In this document: positions 12,030 to 24,367 of the stretch, one piece after another
Numbering within the stretch: position 1 is the first letter of the stretch
Layout of the letters: every line of letters begins with the position of its first letter
Assembly (NCBI GenBank): GCA_964658305.1
Contig: OZ210885.1
Coordinates: 3,968,001 to 4,032,000 of the forward strand
DNA from: Leptogorgia sarmentosa
Lineage: Eukaryota
Length of the DNA stretch: 64,000 nt
Direction of reading: 5' to 3'
Made by a program: the position numbers and the translations under genes
The notes under the pieces: model-generated
The model's database searches: none
Seen by the model: only the letters and a program-made list of their open reading frames with translations
Told to the model about the DNA's origin: nothing

Positions 12030-15000
12030 GAAAATAAAGGAAAGGATTTGGAACGGGGAGTTCGTGGACTTTGGCGCCTGCCTTGTTGAGCAATCCAGGG
12101 CATGACAAATACCAAACTTCAGTACAGAATTCCGAGTCTGGGGCCCTGGCTTCATTTTGTTTAGAACCAGTCTCACAGCCCAAAAATATTATGTCTATCG
12201 AGACCTGGCAACAGGCTTTTAATATTTTTGTGGCGGTCTACATGCAAAAATGCCCGCATGAGGCCCCCACCCTCATGAAATACGGGCAAACAATCCGGGA
12301 TTTGGCTAGCCGTACTAGGTCAGAATTGGCGTTTTGACGATGAAAACGTCCGTCATTTACGCACAATGCAGGCCAACTGTTTTCCCTGGGGCTCAATACA
12401 TGGGGAACTTTGGTTGCGTTCACAATGTTCAGCCAAGGCACCCCAAACAACTCACCAGACAAACGGTGGTAATAAATGGGGCAGCCAGTCAGTGCCAGCT
12501 GGTTACTGTTTTAAGTTTCATCGCGGCCAGTTTTGCTCTGCCGTGAATTGTGCTTTCAATCATACATGCTTTAAGTGCAAGAAAGGAGGGCATAGTGCTT
12601 GTAAATGTAATTTTCATGGCCCAACAGGAAACAACAACGCCACTTCTGGCCGTCCAGCCAAGCCTCCCAACGTTGGTCAAGCTTCAAGCGCTCGCTAAAT
12701 TCCTGTCTGGTTATGCGCCAGATATTGTACAAATTATCATTTCCGGTTTTTCAATGGGTTTTCCTTTACATTTTCAAGGCTGTCGACAGTTTTCTATACC
12801 AAATAATTTACTTTCAGCATTACAAAATCATACGTTTGTCGACGTGAAGCAGGCACAAGAGTTGGCTGCTAAACGCATTTCGGGTCCGTTCACGTCCCCG
12901 CCATTTCAGTCTTTTTGCATTTCACCGCTCAGCCTAATTCCTAAGAAACTCCCGGCGATTTCAGGTTGATCCATCATTTGTCATTTCCTAAAGGCTTGTC
13001 AATGAACGATGGCATACTTCCTGAAGATACGCACGTGCGATACACGCCATCAAGCTTATTAAACGCGCCGGACAAGGTTGTTATTTGGCAAAGACTGATA
13101 TTAAGAGCGCATTTAGAATCATACCGATTCATCCAAATGACTATCATCTATTAGTAGAATCATACTCGTATACTATTGCAAATGCTGCAATTTGATTGGC
13201 TACTCTACTCGATATCTATTCCTCGATAGATAGCGAGTAGCAAAATATGTGAATTTTCGTTCAAGAAAATGTCTTCTGAGACGCATTTTTAAATTATCTT
13301 TTGCAATATTTTCATGTTTGATCTCTGATTCTACTAAAACAATTAGATTACTTGCTCTCGATTTCTACGAGATGATAGTTGATTCGGGCTTTGCCCTCAT
13401 CAACTATCACCTCATAGAAATCTCGAGCTCGTAATGTAATTGTTAATTAGCAATGAAATGGCGCTGACTATACTATTATGACCACTGTATGCCAACGGTT
13501 GTTTCAGTTCTTGCAAAACATTTGAGACTTTTAGTACTGCTATTGAATGGATTGCTCGACATAAGCTGAGGATCGACGGATCATTCGCTAGACGATTTTT
13601 TATTTGTGTCCGCCACATATATGCAGTGTCAATCCAATTTACAAAAATTTATCGATTTATGCCACCATCTTGGCATCCCTATAGCACCAGACAGAACTTT
13701 CAGGCTGTCCACTACACTAACATTTGCCGGCATCGAACTAAATTCTATCAGGTTTGAAGCTCATTTACCGCCAGAAAAATTAACAACATGCGTAGTCACG
13801 ATCAATCAATTTCTGAAGCGGAAAAAAGTACGCCTGCAAGAACTACAATCGCTTATCGGACTTCTCAATTTCACGACAAGTGTTATTACGCCGGGGACTG
13901 CCATGGCCCGAGAACTGGTTGCATCGTAACATTGCCGTCCTAGAATTTTTTCCTATCGTCCTCAGCTTGTGCTTATGGAGTGACAAAATGCAGAACCAAT
14001 CTATTTTATTTTTCACTGATAATGAGGCACTAGTGCATGTGATTAATAAACAATCATGGGATAAAACGTTAATGATTTTTGTTCGTAAGTTAGTGCTGGT
14101 CTGCCTACAATACAACATTTTGTTCAAAGCCAAGCATATTCCAGGCGCCCGTAATACATTGGCTGATAGCGTATCTCGATTACAGGTTCACAAATTCAAG
14201 CAACTGGCACCAGCGAGCATGAATCCGCTTCCTACAGACATCCCCATGCCTTTGCAGCCACAAAGCTGGGCGATATAATCACCCATTTGACCAGCTCAAG
14301 TTTACAAGCTTCGTCAATTCCGACTTACACTAGAGCTTGGAAATTATTTAGACAGTTCCACAGTACGGTTTTTCAGACTGCGTGCTTTAGTTTGCCAATC
14401 TCACCAGCTACTCTGGCTCTGTTTATTGCATATTTATTCGAGCGCCAGTATGCGGCATCCACGGTTAATAGCTACATATCCACATTGAGTTATTCGCACG
14501 AACTGTCAGGATTACCAGATCCAACGCGAGATTTTACATATTTTCACATATTTTATGGCAAGAACAGGGCTCAACAGGACAGTCGTTTACCCATCACATT
14601 ATCAATCCTTCAACGATTGATCGAGGGATCACCTCCCTCAACCAGTTCTCATTATCAGCGATGTCAATTTAAAGCTATGTGCTCTTTGGCATTCTTTGCA
14701 TTCCTGAGAATCGGAGAAATAACGACTACAAAGTCTACAAACTGCCAACCTTTACAATTAGACAATCTCGCTTTCAGTTGTGACTCGAATAACTTAATAG
14801 TTGGTATCAAATTAACCTTTAACAATTTCAAACATAATTACAATCAACGTACATTGACAATTGGCCGCCAACATTCATGCTGCCCTATCCAATTACTCCT
14901 TGATTACCTTGCCCTCTGGGGCAACCAGCGGGGTGCTATTTTCGTCACGCAGGGCGGCAGGCCAGTAGTTCGAGAGGCATTCACGTTGCAGCTGTCTGAG

Positions 15001-15180
15001 GCAATCCGACTGTGTGGTTTAGACCCAGCCCGCTACACAGGGCATAGTTTTCACATTGGCGCAGCTTCGTATGCGACAGGTCAGGGGATGTCTGAGACTC
15101 CCAGATACGTCTCATGGGTCGATGGAAATCGAACGTGTTTCATAAGTACATTCGAGTTTCCTCCTTGTCTGCCTAAGTGT
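12030..15180 (+). mobile_element. Degraded Ngaro/DIRS-group YR retrotransposon (gag, RT/RNaseH, YR)
   Basis: gag with CFKFH..C...C.FNHTCFKC..GHSACKC zinc knuckles (12366-12698); RT ISPLSLIPKK, IHHLSFP, AKTDIKSAFR; RNaseH LEFFPI..FTDNEAL..HIPGARNTLADSVSR; YR 14287-15180 LRIGE..GHSFHIGAA. Confidence 0.85.
13155..13450. mobile_element. About 300-bp hairpin-ended non-autonomous insert (Crypton-like) in the Ngaro RT
   Basis: TTAG duplicated (13151-13154 and 13447-13450). Removing the insert restores TAT CAT CTA TTA GCA ATG AAA TGG (YHLLAMKW). Hairpin GATAGTTGAT...ATCAACTATC near the right end. Confidence 0.75.
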
Positions 15181-15189
15181 GTGGGTTTA

Positions 15190-15715
15190 ATGACCCAGTG
15201 GGCGTTCATTATTTTCCATTTTGGTTGTCAAAAAGCAAAATATTGCATGTCTTTGGTGTTTATGGTGTTCAGTGAAAAAAGTCCTGCTGGTACAACCATC
15301 ATCTGCTGCCGCTGAAAGAGTATTCTCGATGCTCAACTCATCATTTAACAGGCAAAAGGGACATGCCCTAGTGGACTACTTGCAAGCTAGCATAATGTTG
15401 CAGTACAACAACCGATAAACATAACTTTTGAAAGTTTTTGAAACTAAAGACACTAAACATTGAAGGTGTAAAATTTAAAGTTTATTATTATTAGTTATGT
15501 TGAACATTTAAAGTTTAATATGCTTGTGTGAAACTTTCGTCAACAAAAAGCCGGCGTTATTTTGTTTGCCTTTCTTGCAAATAAACCCAAGCATTTTTAA
15601 ATCAAGGCGGGATAATTTTGAAAAATGAGCATAATTGGAGCATAATTTTGGGGAAAAACCAGGATTGCTAGGAGCATAATATGCCAGTTTTACTAGCACA
15701 ATCGGGAATAGCCTA
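15190..15715 (+). mobile_element. 3' fragment of another hAT (dimerisation domain plus probable right end)
   Basis: KKVLLVQPSSAAAERVFSML...LVDYLQASIMLQYN*; subterminal GAGCATAAT repeats ending in ...GGAATAGCCTA. Confidence 0.7.
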
Positions 15716-15719
15716 ATCC

Positions 15720-15995
15720 CTTCCTGCATACTAATTATGCGCCATACACTACATTCCATCCGGATACATTGTATACTAATATCAAGAACAAGAACTTTAT
15801 GTTCTGCAATGTAAATTTTTAATGTGAAAATGGTTTTGTTTTTTATCAATGACTTAGTGCATTTCTGTATGGATTTCACTATACTCTCCCAGTTTTTTTA
15901 GGCTTTTTAAACAGCTATATTTATGAAAATAAAGTTCTTGTGCATCTTCTGCAAATTTGCATATTAATTACTTCCGGCACGCTGCATACTAATTA
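15720..15995 (+). repeat. Fragment homologous to the Polinton terminal region at 45580-45750
   Basis: Shared ACACTACATTCCATCCGGATACATTG and (C)ATACTAATTA(CTTCC) motifs. Confidence 0.6.
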
Positions 15996-16029
15996 ATTTT
16001 GGCTATATGGATTTCACTATACTATAATG

Positions 16030-17623
16030 GTATAAAATTACATTGGGTAAGAATATAAATGTGCTAATTATTCTTTACAGTAGTGCTATGTTACAAGTAA
16101 TAGGATGTAAGAGGGGTAGCATAGGACGTGACAGGACGATACAGACAAAATACAGAACATGCAGGAAAACAGAGAGGGAGCTAAAGGAGATTTAGTGGAA
16201 TAGAGCTACCTTGGACATTTAAAGAGGGTTTGAGCTTGGAAATTAACAGAATTTCGTGAATCATTAAATCCCTGCTGTCAGAACAAGAGGAGAGAATATT
16301 AAAGTCGTCAAAACTAGCAGAGTGGCCTGTGGTGTTTAAGTGTGAAAATATGCTAGTCATGACTGGGCTGGATGATGGTTTTCCTGTACGAAGAGAGATT
16401 CCCAAGTGTTCTGATACTCTGGTGTGTAAATGACGCGTGGTTTGACCCACATACGATGCGGAACAGCATCGACACTTAAATATATACACAACACCAGATC
16501 TCATAAACTTGGGAACTTTGTCCTTAAACGGAAAGAAAGAGGAAAGGCGTGTAGATGATCGAAAAACGAATCGAATATTGACATGATGATAAGCAGCACT
16601 ACAGAGTCGAGTGATTTGTGTGCGTATTTGTGTACAACTTTCTTGTGAACCGTGTGAGTGGTGTAGACTCTCTGGGCAGATTATTGAAAGACGCAATGTC
16701 CAAGAGCCAATACAAGATGCGCAGCAATAATACGAACTTCACACACATACACACATCAAACAATAACTTTAATACCAGTTAATAATGAATGTTCTGTTGT
16801 CGATATAGCTTGATAGCAGGTTGAGATTAAAGGTTGTAGGTATCGATAGATAGATGATTAATAGGATTGGTATGGAATGAGTATGGTTCGAACTATACAA
16901 TTAGGAAAAGAATTACACAGAATACGGCATGCGCGCAAGACTAACATGCATATACATGAATACTACAACATGTTACGCTATAGATAATAAGATAAGACCA
17001 AAACTAACTATACGACAAGGTGAATATAACTTACTTTGGTCGGCGCATACCAACTTGTATAACAAAAATAGATCTTTCGACCACGTTACTTGGTAATAGT
17101 TCGCTTAGCGTTCTCGCTCTGTTAACGTGCAGCCTTTTGTATAACATTGAAACCCGAAACCTAAACTAAACCCCTAAACAAGTGCATGCGCTACGTTACC
17201 ATGGAAATGGCAAGGTAAGTCAAGTTTCAAACCTACAAGTGGTAGGTTTGGGTTCAAAGATGTTGTTGAGGAAGCGGCGGACAAGCTCATCGAAAATGTG
17301 GGAAGGAAAGCCATTGGTGTTAAATAGTTTTCTGACAACTTCAAGTTGAAAGTTTTCATAAGTAGAACAAAGATGGAAAATTCGGTGAAGTAAGCAAGAA
17401 ACTAAGGAACGCTTGTATGCAAGAGGTATAAAGCTGTGGAAGTTAGTGAATAGCCCAGTGAAAGTGGGTTTCCTATTTCCTATTTTCCTAGCGGGTTTCC
17501 TTCCGTGTCGTATGTGGGTCAAACCACGCATCATTTACACACCAGAGTATCAGAACACTTGGGAATCTCTCCTCGTACAGGAAAACCATCATCCAGCCCG
17601 GTCATGACTAGCATATTTTCACA
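16030..17623 (-). mobile_element. Penelope-like element (RT C-terminus plus GIY-YIG endonuclease) with an inverted 5' segment
   Basis: GIY-YIG: SGVVYIFKCRCCSASYVGQTTRHLHTRVSEH...E.LLI..LKPSLN (16181-16696); RT thumb RKPTFTGL.TNF.SFIP..YKRSLV (17220-17470); 17508-17623 is an inverted copy of 16341-16456. Confidence 0.9.
16631..17237. mobile_element. About 600-bp non-coding insert with TGT...ACA ends, possible solo LTR
   Basis: Interrupts the Penelope ORF between IFEPKPTT and QIRTQ. No clear TSD, and the intervening Penelope codons are missing. Confidence 0.4.
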
Positions 17624-17694
17624 ATCCCTTTTGATATTTATGCTATAATGCTTATATAACTATGACACATGATATTCGGTTAGGATTTAGCTTA

Positions 17695-18061
17695 GGTGGG
17701 CCCCTGGGAAGGAAGGGAAAAGGGTTAGAGTTGACTGGGATTGATGTGAAGCCTGAGCAACTTCATGTCCATGAAATGTCCCATATAGTCCCCATCTCTA
17801 ACCAAACTCCTCCTACCCTGTGGCAGAGGTGTGAAGGCGAGTGTCGGCGCCTTAAAACCGGTCTGCTCTTTTTCGGCCTTTTTGGGTGGGCCCATGGGAA
17901 GGACGGGAAAAGGGTTAGAGTTGACTGGGATTGATGTGAAGCCTGAGCAACTTCATGTCCATGAAATGTCCCATATAGTCCCCATCTCTAACCAAACTCC
18001 TCCTGCCCCATGGCAGAGGTGTGAAGGCGAGTGTCGGCACCTCAAAACTGGTCTGCTCTTT
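17695..18061 (+). repeat. Tandem duplication, period 190 bp (retrozyme-like body)
   Basis: GGTGGGCCC..GGGAAAAGGGTTAGAGTTGACTGG...GGTCTGCTCTTT starts at 17695 and again at 17885. Confidence 0.9.
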
Positions 18062-18065
18062 CGTA

Positions 18066-18158
18066 GGCTGTCCATGTCGGAAACACAGTAGGCCGAGAAG
18101 TGTGCTAATCTGTGTTTCCTAGGCATGCTGATGAGCCCTGATATGGGGCGAAACAGTC
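18066..18158 (+). ncRNA. Type III hammerhead ribozyme
   Basis: GGCUG-UC^ (cleavage after 18072); stem I CAUGUC/GGCAUG extended by GGAAACACAG/CUGUGUUUCC; CUGAUGA 18128-18134; stem II GCCC/GGGC; GAAA 18150-18153; stem III CAGUC pairs with GGCUG. Confidence 0.88.
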
Positions 18159-18309
18159 AGTTGTCATAATTTCATCCTACTGAAAAACTACGATGTAATA
18201 AAAAGCGTCCGTTACGGTTCGTTCATAAACTCTTCGCGCCCCCCCCCACCCGATTCGGTTGTTAGAAATTTTTTTATTCTTGACCTACATAGGAAAAATC
18301 CTAGATCGG

Positions 18310-18710
18310 CCCCTGGACAGGGACACCGACCTGTTTGCGACGAGGCTGACGCATTACCACGTTATGTGAGTTGGCATCCCGACCCACACACACTCGCAAC
18401 AGATGCGTTTACTCTAAATTGGGGAACTTTGAAAGGATACGCCTTTCCCCAGTTCAATCTCATCCCACGAACCTTACTCAAGGTTCGACAGGACCATGCC
18501 AATCTGGTCCTGGTGGTCCCAATATGGCAAGGGCAGACTTCGTGGCTTCTTCTGCAGCTGGCCATAAGTCGACCAGTTCGCCTACCGTCGACTCCAGAAA
18601 CACTGGAGAACCCAGCAGACCCCTAAATGGTCCATCCCATGTTTCCACACCTGCATCTAGCCGTTTGGCATCTTTCCACCGATCATGTGCAACAAAAGGC
18701 CTTCCAGTGT
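18310..18710 (+). mobile_element. DIRS1 fragment: Dam-like methyltransferase domain
   Basis: DLFATRL...RYVSWHPDP..LATDAFTLNW...YAFPQFNLIPRTL.KV....ANLVLVVPIW..Q. Confidence 0.8.
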
Positions 18711-18789
18711 AATTGAGATTATATGAGCAAACAAAGGGAGAAATATATGGTCCCGAAATGGTTGCGATGCAATGCTATTTCAAAATTGT

Positions 18790-18882
18790 CGACTGTTCAC
18801 ACGAGCGATTTGAATTCACAATCCAAGTCCAACCGAAATCGCACCGTAAATTGCACGAAAAATCGCCAGTGTGAACGGGCCT
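18790..18882. mobile_element. Right end of a PIF/Harbinger-type MITE
   Basis: ...TCGCCAGTGTGAACGGGCCT followed by TAA; internal inverted GTTCACAC. Confidence 0.45.
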
Positions 18883-19329
18883 TAAAAGTTTATGGATCCA
18901 GATAAAAATCTGACAGTGGCTGTAGCTACCATTGTTAACATTGACATTAATATATTAATATTAAGGGTAGTTAATTTGAAAAACCTATAATTAGCGATGA
19001 ACAAAAATGTACTTGTTTTGTTGGCGATGTTGGATTAGAGGCAAATTTGTCGATTTGCATGAAATTGGAGTTATGAGATCAGAAAATAAGGTAAAACAGG
19101 CGGTAAGATATAAATTAAATCAATCTAGTCAGGATGTAACTAGTTAGCTGCAATCTTATTGTTCATATTATAGAAAACCTATTCGTTATTGAATTGAGTG
19201 TCCACATTATGAGATTATGAGAGAACCCCCAGCTACACAAAAAACAAGGAAATGCACCAACCATCGACAACTCAAGACTAACGTCCCACTTATCGAGCAA
19301 ATTTCAACTTCCCGAAGCAGCGACAGGAA

Positions 19330-21880
19330 TATCAATCATCACATAACTTTGTCTTTTCAGGGTTAATAAGAAGGCTGTGGAACCAGCTTGCAACCTTGCG
19401 GTATTCCATGAGTGATGGTCCGAGATTCTGATCTTTGATGCGCTAAACGAACAAACCGACAACGATCTGAAAGGTAGCTCTAACCATTCTAGGGTAGTTT
19501 TTGAAACTCCAATTAATCTGAGTTTTTGTAGAAGGATGTGCTCTATGCAGAATGTGATTAAAAGTGAAACTGGGCGATTATTATTGGGAGCCTCCTGATC
19601 CCCAACTTTCAGCAACGCAATCACTTCCGCTTCTTTCCAATCGGACAGAAAAACTGATGTAAGTGGAGAACTGTTGATATTTCTGTTAAGGTTGGTAAAA
19701 TACACGGTAAGGCATCTTTAATAACTTTCATCGGTACTTTAGAGTATTTTGCGTATTTCCAGTCAATGATACAGCACCTAGAATGAACTCGTCTGTTATA
19801 AAACTATCAAAGCTGGTAAATGTCATTTGAGAAATGCCAAGGTCATTCCCCACAGTCGTGAAAAATTCATTAAATTCATTCGCCAACAACTTAATATCTC
19901 ATGTGTAGACTGGCTGTGTGGCCTCTTTACGTGGTATGCAATTTCTAATGGCTTTCCACATTGAGTAACAATCCTTATTGTCATATATTTCTCTCTGAAG
20001 GTATTGCCTCTCGGCTTCACACAATTTAATTTTTATCATAATTTCTACTATCATAATATTTATAATTTTTTGCTGTGATGTAAACAGGAGCTGGTTTGGG
20101 CAATTTCAGATTAAGTACAGAAAACACCAAATAATGGTCACTGATATGAGCATCCAATGTTCAATTTTCAATGGTTAGTGAGGAGTTAGAAGTCATGATA
20201 ACATCAATTAGAGATGATGATCGTTCAGTTACCCTTGTTGGGGAAGTAATAAGTTGAGACAGATTTAAGCAAGTAGAAAGTTCTCTTAGAGCCCTGGATT
20301 CTGGTACGTCTTTCAACATATTACAATTTAGATCACCCAGCAAAAAAATCTCCTTACCATATGTTAGGGCTTGTAAATAATTAGGAGCTCAATCGTCCAA
20401 AAACATGTTACAGGGCAATTAGGAGGACGGTAAGCCATGCACATGATGATTAATCTCAGCTTTCTGTGTTGAATCTTCACCCAAAGTTGATGGAAACCCA
20501 AACTAGAAATACCAGACAACTCCTTTAAGTAACTCACTTTAAGGTCATTACGATAATACATACAAACATTGCCAAAGGCTTTTCCAAGTCTATCTAGTCT
20601 TAATATTCTAATCTTCCAGTTCAATATCGGCATTAGACACCGGTGAGTTTAACCAGGTTTCAGAAATAGTAATAATTTCCATGCTTTATTTGTTCAACCA
20701 AAAGTCGAAACTGGCAACTTGATCCCTATTCTTCAGCGACCTAATATTCAAATGGAAAGTTTAATTTCAAATTTGGAATTTTTTCCTATTTGACTTTCTG
20801 AAATCGGTGATAAGGGAGCATTAGCACTGAAGGTTCCATTATTGGTTTCAGAATTTGTCTGGATTGACTTGTTATGGAGGCTGGGTACTTCCAAACTGGA
20901 AGTTACTCGTCGCACTAAATCCAGATGTTCTTCCAAACTGGAAGTTACTCGTCGCACCAAATCCAGATGTTTGATCCAATCTGGTGAATTGTGTTGCAGG
21001 ATATATTGAAACCACAGCGTGTTGCAACTATTGCGTTTTGGTCTTGTATTTGAGGTGGTCTGGTTCGATGATGCTTGCGAAAGTAACCCTTATTAAGTTG
21101 TTGATCAGTGGGTTGATGTGGGATTTTGCTTTGTTTTACCAAACCAGGGGTCTGTTGTTGACATTCGTTATTTGGATGTTGAACAGTTATACTTGAATCT
21201 ACAAGTGGTAAATTCGCGACAATGTTACTGACAATAGCGTTCTCATTCAGTTTCGAGTTTGCCACATCTTGTGATAAGGGATAAATACCTGGTTTATTTT
21301 GCTTGCATACATTTGACTTTGAATGCACAGTGGGTATTACCTCTTGGCTTGCATAATTGTGTGTTTGAATTTGATTAACTAGTTCGTATTCAATTTCAGT
21401 CCCCTCCTTGTTTAGACACAATCCACTTACGTCTTGCTTGGCTGAACAATAACTAGTGTTTTGTTTCGATGGCAAATATTCTTTTGTCTCATTACTAAAA
21501 TAATCTTTTGTTTTATCTAATTTATGTATGTATATTCCAGCTGTGGGTGTCTGATTGTGTAGTGCTTCGAGGCCTTTAGATTGTACCATTAGCTTGCCAT
21601 GTAATATAAGTCAGTTGTGCTTTCCAGGATACCAGGTTATTGTCAAATCCAATTTCCTAGATGTAAACGTTTGAGGCATCACCTGGCGAAGACCTTTAAG
21701 TTGAAGGCTATATTTGACAAAATTCTTTAATGTTTCCAAATTTGAAATACATTTAAAACGTTTACCATCGTAAATAAGATTTGTACAATTAATTTGGTTA
21801 AAATCATCGTTAAAATTCGGGAATAGGACGTTATTATTTAGCTTTTTGCAACTGCTCTAAGTATGCGACGATCCGCCATG
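19330..21880 (-). mobile_element. Degraded L2/CR1-group LINE (ORF1, APE endonuclease, partial RT)
   Basis: ISETWLN; YRPPN; GDLNCNML; PTRVT.RSSSLIDVI; SDHYLV; WKEAEVIALLK.GD....NNRPVSLL. ORF1 remnant at 20945-21880 starts with AACATGGCGGA. Confidence 0.85.
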
Positions 21881-22150
21881 TTGGATTGACATATCGATAG
21901 CTTATCTATGGGTGAAGGTTTTGTCTATCATATATGATAGCTTACTCATACCAAGGAATGTACTGCAGGTAATATATCAACCTACAAAATTATTGCATAT
22001 AATAAACATGTGTGAATGTATTGCATATTGTTTACTTGGGTAGACATATCTATCTATGCACCAATATCCTAATACTTAGTTGACTAGTACTTGTGCAGTT
22101 CTGTATTATCATGCATGCCAGGTAGAGAATGTGCTAATTGTTTTTTTTAT

Positions 22151-22565
22151 AGGCACATAATTGCAGCAGTCCATTTCAATAATAATCTGCACCGGGATAA
22201 TCAACAAAATGCAGATGGAACCAAGCAAATAAAAGTTGTTTATCCCAAATTCAAAAATGGTGAAGCCACAGTGAGAAATGTCAAAGTGAAGCCAAACTAT
22301 GGTATGAACAACCTAGATTAGGGATCTCAAAGCTAAAGTGACTAAAAATCTCAAAGATTTTATACTTTATTGTAGATTATGTTGAAGAAATATTCAAAAC
22401 TTTTCTTGATGCCAAGTTGGGTAAAAAATTGGAGAAAAGAGTTGGAGACAATGGAACCCGATCCGATGAACACAATGCTTCAAAAACAGCCAAGAGAGGA
22501 AGCAACAGAAGCATGGAGAAAAAGTAAATCGATCGTTGTGCAAGAGGTTCCTGGCACTTTATCAG
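22151..22565 (+). pseudogene. Kolobok-like transposase C-terminal exons
   Basis: RHIIAAVHFNNNLHR....DG....KVVYPKFKNGEATVR.VKVKPNY / DYVEEIF, with a GT-AG intron at about 22302-22375. Confidence 0.6.
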
Positions 22566-22834
22566 GTATTGTGATATATTCTAATATAAAAGAATAAAGT
22601 ATATATTCACCAATGTCTTTGTTTAAAATACAATTTATATATGCATATCTCCTAAACAGTTACCGTCCTATTGATAAACATTCTATTCTGGCACTTAAGT
22701 GGCTTTCGTTTACAGCCGAGCGGAATAATGTGAAACGCGTCAGTAATTATTGTTTGGATGGTTTTCACGATGTACAAGGGTGTTTTTGGCACAGGTGTCT
22801 GAAATGTTACTCAAGGGATAACATAAACACTGTT

Positions 22835-23966
22835 ATTATATGGACAGCGGTGTTTTATTGGGAACTAAAACACTCGTAGAACTCATACGCCACTACATCC
22901 GGGATACGGTGCGCATATTTTCCGTATGTCACGCTTAGGGGTGACAGAACCTTCCCGCCTTTTTCGCTGTTTACAAATAGCTTCTACTGCAAGGTTTGTG
23001 AATTTAAGCGAAGATGATATTAGTACGTTTTGCGACAAACAATAAAGCTACAATAAACTACAATAAAGCGGTATTTTATAATCTATATTTAGTAAAGGCT
23101 AATTTTAAAACCATTGTCGTGTTTTAGACTGCATGTTTTCATTAAAAGGGTAGTTGTTGTGTATTTGTCACTCTGAATAAGTCCATATAATAAACAGAAA
23201 ATTACATGGTTCGCTCGAAGATATGGATTTTATGTTTGAGTGGCAAGAACAATATCTCACTCGTGAGATATTGTTCTTGCCACTCGAACATAAAATCCAT
23301 ATCTTCTCGCAACCGTGTAATATCCTATATTTCTTATATGGCTGACATAAATGCCGTATGCTGATTGGTTGATTAGCGGTCCGGAAAAAGTCATCTTGCC
23401 TGCTCGTGAAACTATTATACAAATAAAATTGTTAAGGAATCTAAATCGTATTGTGCCGTACCGTGACGATGAACAACACTCCCTGATTGAATTTTACTGT
23501 CCCAGAAAAACAGACGACCCAAAATGCTGAGTTTTAAAGTGAACAGTTCGAAAACTGTTGCGAACATTGTTTTCGCAGCACTTAATGGCTTAATTTCGCA
23601 TGGAACATTTGTTGTTTATCACGACATTTACATTGTATTTTTTATTCAATCTTCTCCTTTGTTGTATTTTTATTGTTTTGTCGTTGTACAGCAGTGAACG
23701 GCCAGAAACCGCCATTCAGTATGCCAGTGTATATGGCTGAACGTTTCAGCAGCGAAAGTGTTTTCTAGTTCTTTCTGCAATGTCAAAACAAATTGCAATC
23801 GAACAAAGCCATATAATAAATCCCTTATTAACCTCATTTGCTCGGTCTGTACGGGAAAGAATTGCCTTCGGTTTTTAACGCACAGACCTCGCTCCTTCGT
23901 CGCTTGGTCTGTACGAAAACCCTCAGGCAATACTTTCCCGTACAGACCTCGCACTCGGTTAATAAG
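22835..23966. mobile_element. Two adjacent hairpin-ended non-autonomous Crypton-like elements inside PolB
   Basis: Each has TATATGG...CCATATAATAAA framing and a large terminal hairpin (near-perfect palindrome 23217-23305; a second at about 23827-23966). The first retains RFVNLSEDDISTF, resembling a Crypton YR N-terminus. Confidence 0.6.
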
Positions 23967-24367
23967 TCCTCGTATTAACAGTAAAACTATGCATGACCTG
24001 TATCAGGCCACATTAGACAAAACTATGTATCCGAACTCTCTAAATTTTAATATCGTTGACATTTGGGAGTGTCAAATAAATCAGCAGCTCAAAACTGACC
24101 CCGACATGAGGGCTTATTTTGATAATTTTCAAGTCCTCGATCCTCTCGACCCCTGAGATGCTTTTTACCGAGGTCGCACAATCGCCACGATATTATTTCA
24201 CAAATGTCAGGGTGAGGAAAAAATGAAATATCTCGACTTTACAAGCTTCTAACCCCATTGCAAGTCCACACCTTCAGTTATTAGCCATCTTGAGATAATA
24301 ACTGAGAACTTTCAAGATCTTTCATCTACTTTGGACTGGTAAAATGTACTGCCCTACCGCTGTGGGG

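Noticed and set aside
12088..12104. CAATCCAGGGCATG as the right TIR of the first hAT
   Set aside because: Poor match to TAATCCGGCCCTG, and it lies within the Ngaro gag frame (LLSNPGHDK).
20945..21589. Independent 214-aa gene
   Set aside because: Lies in the ORF1 position of the minus-strand LINE, directly upstream of its endonuclease.
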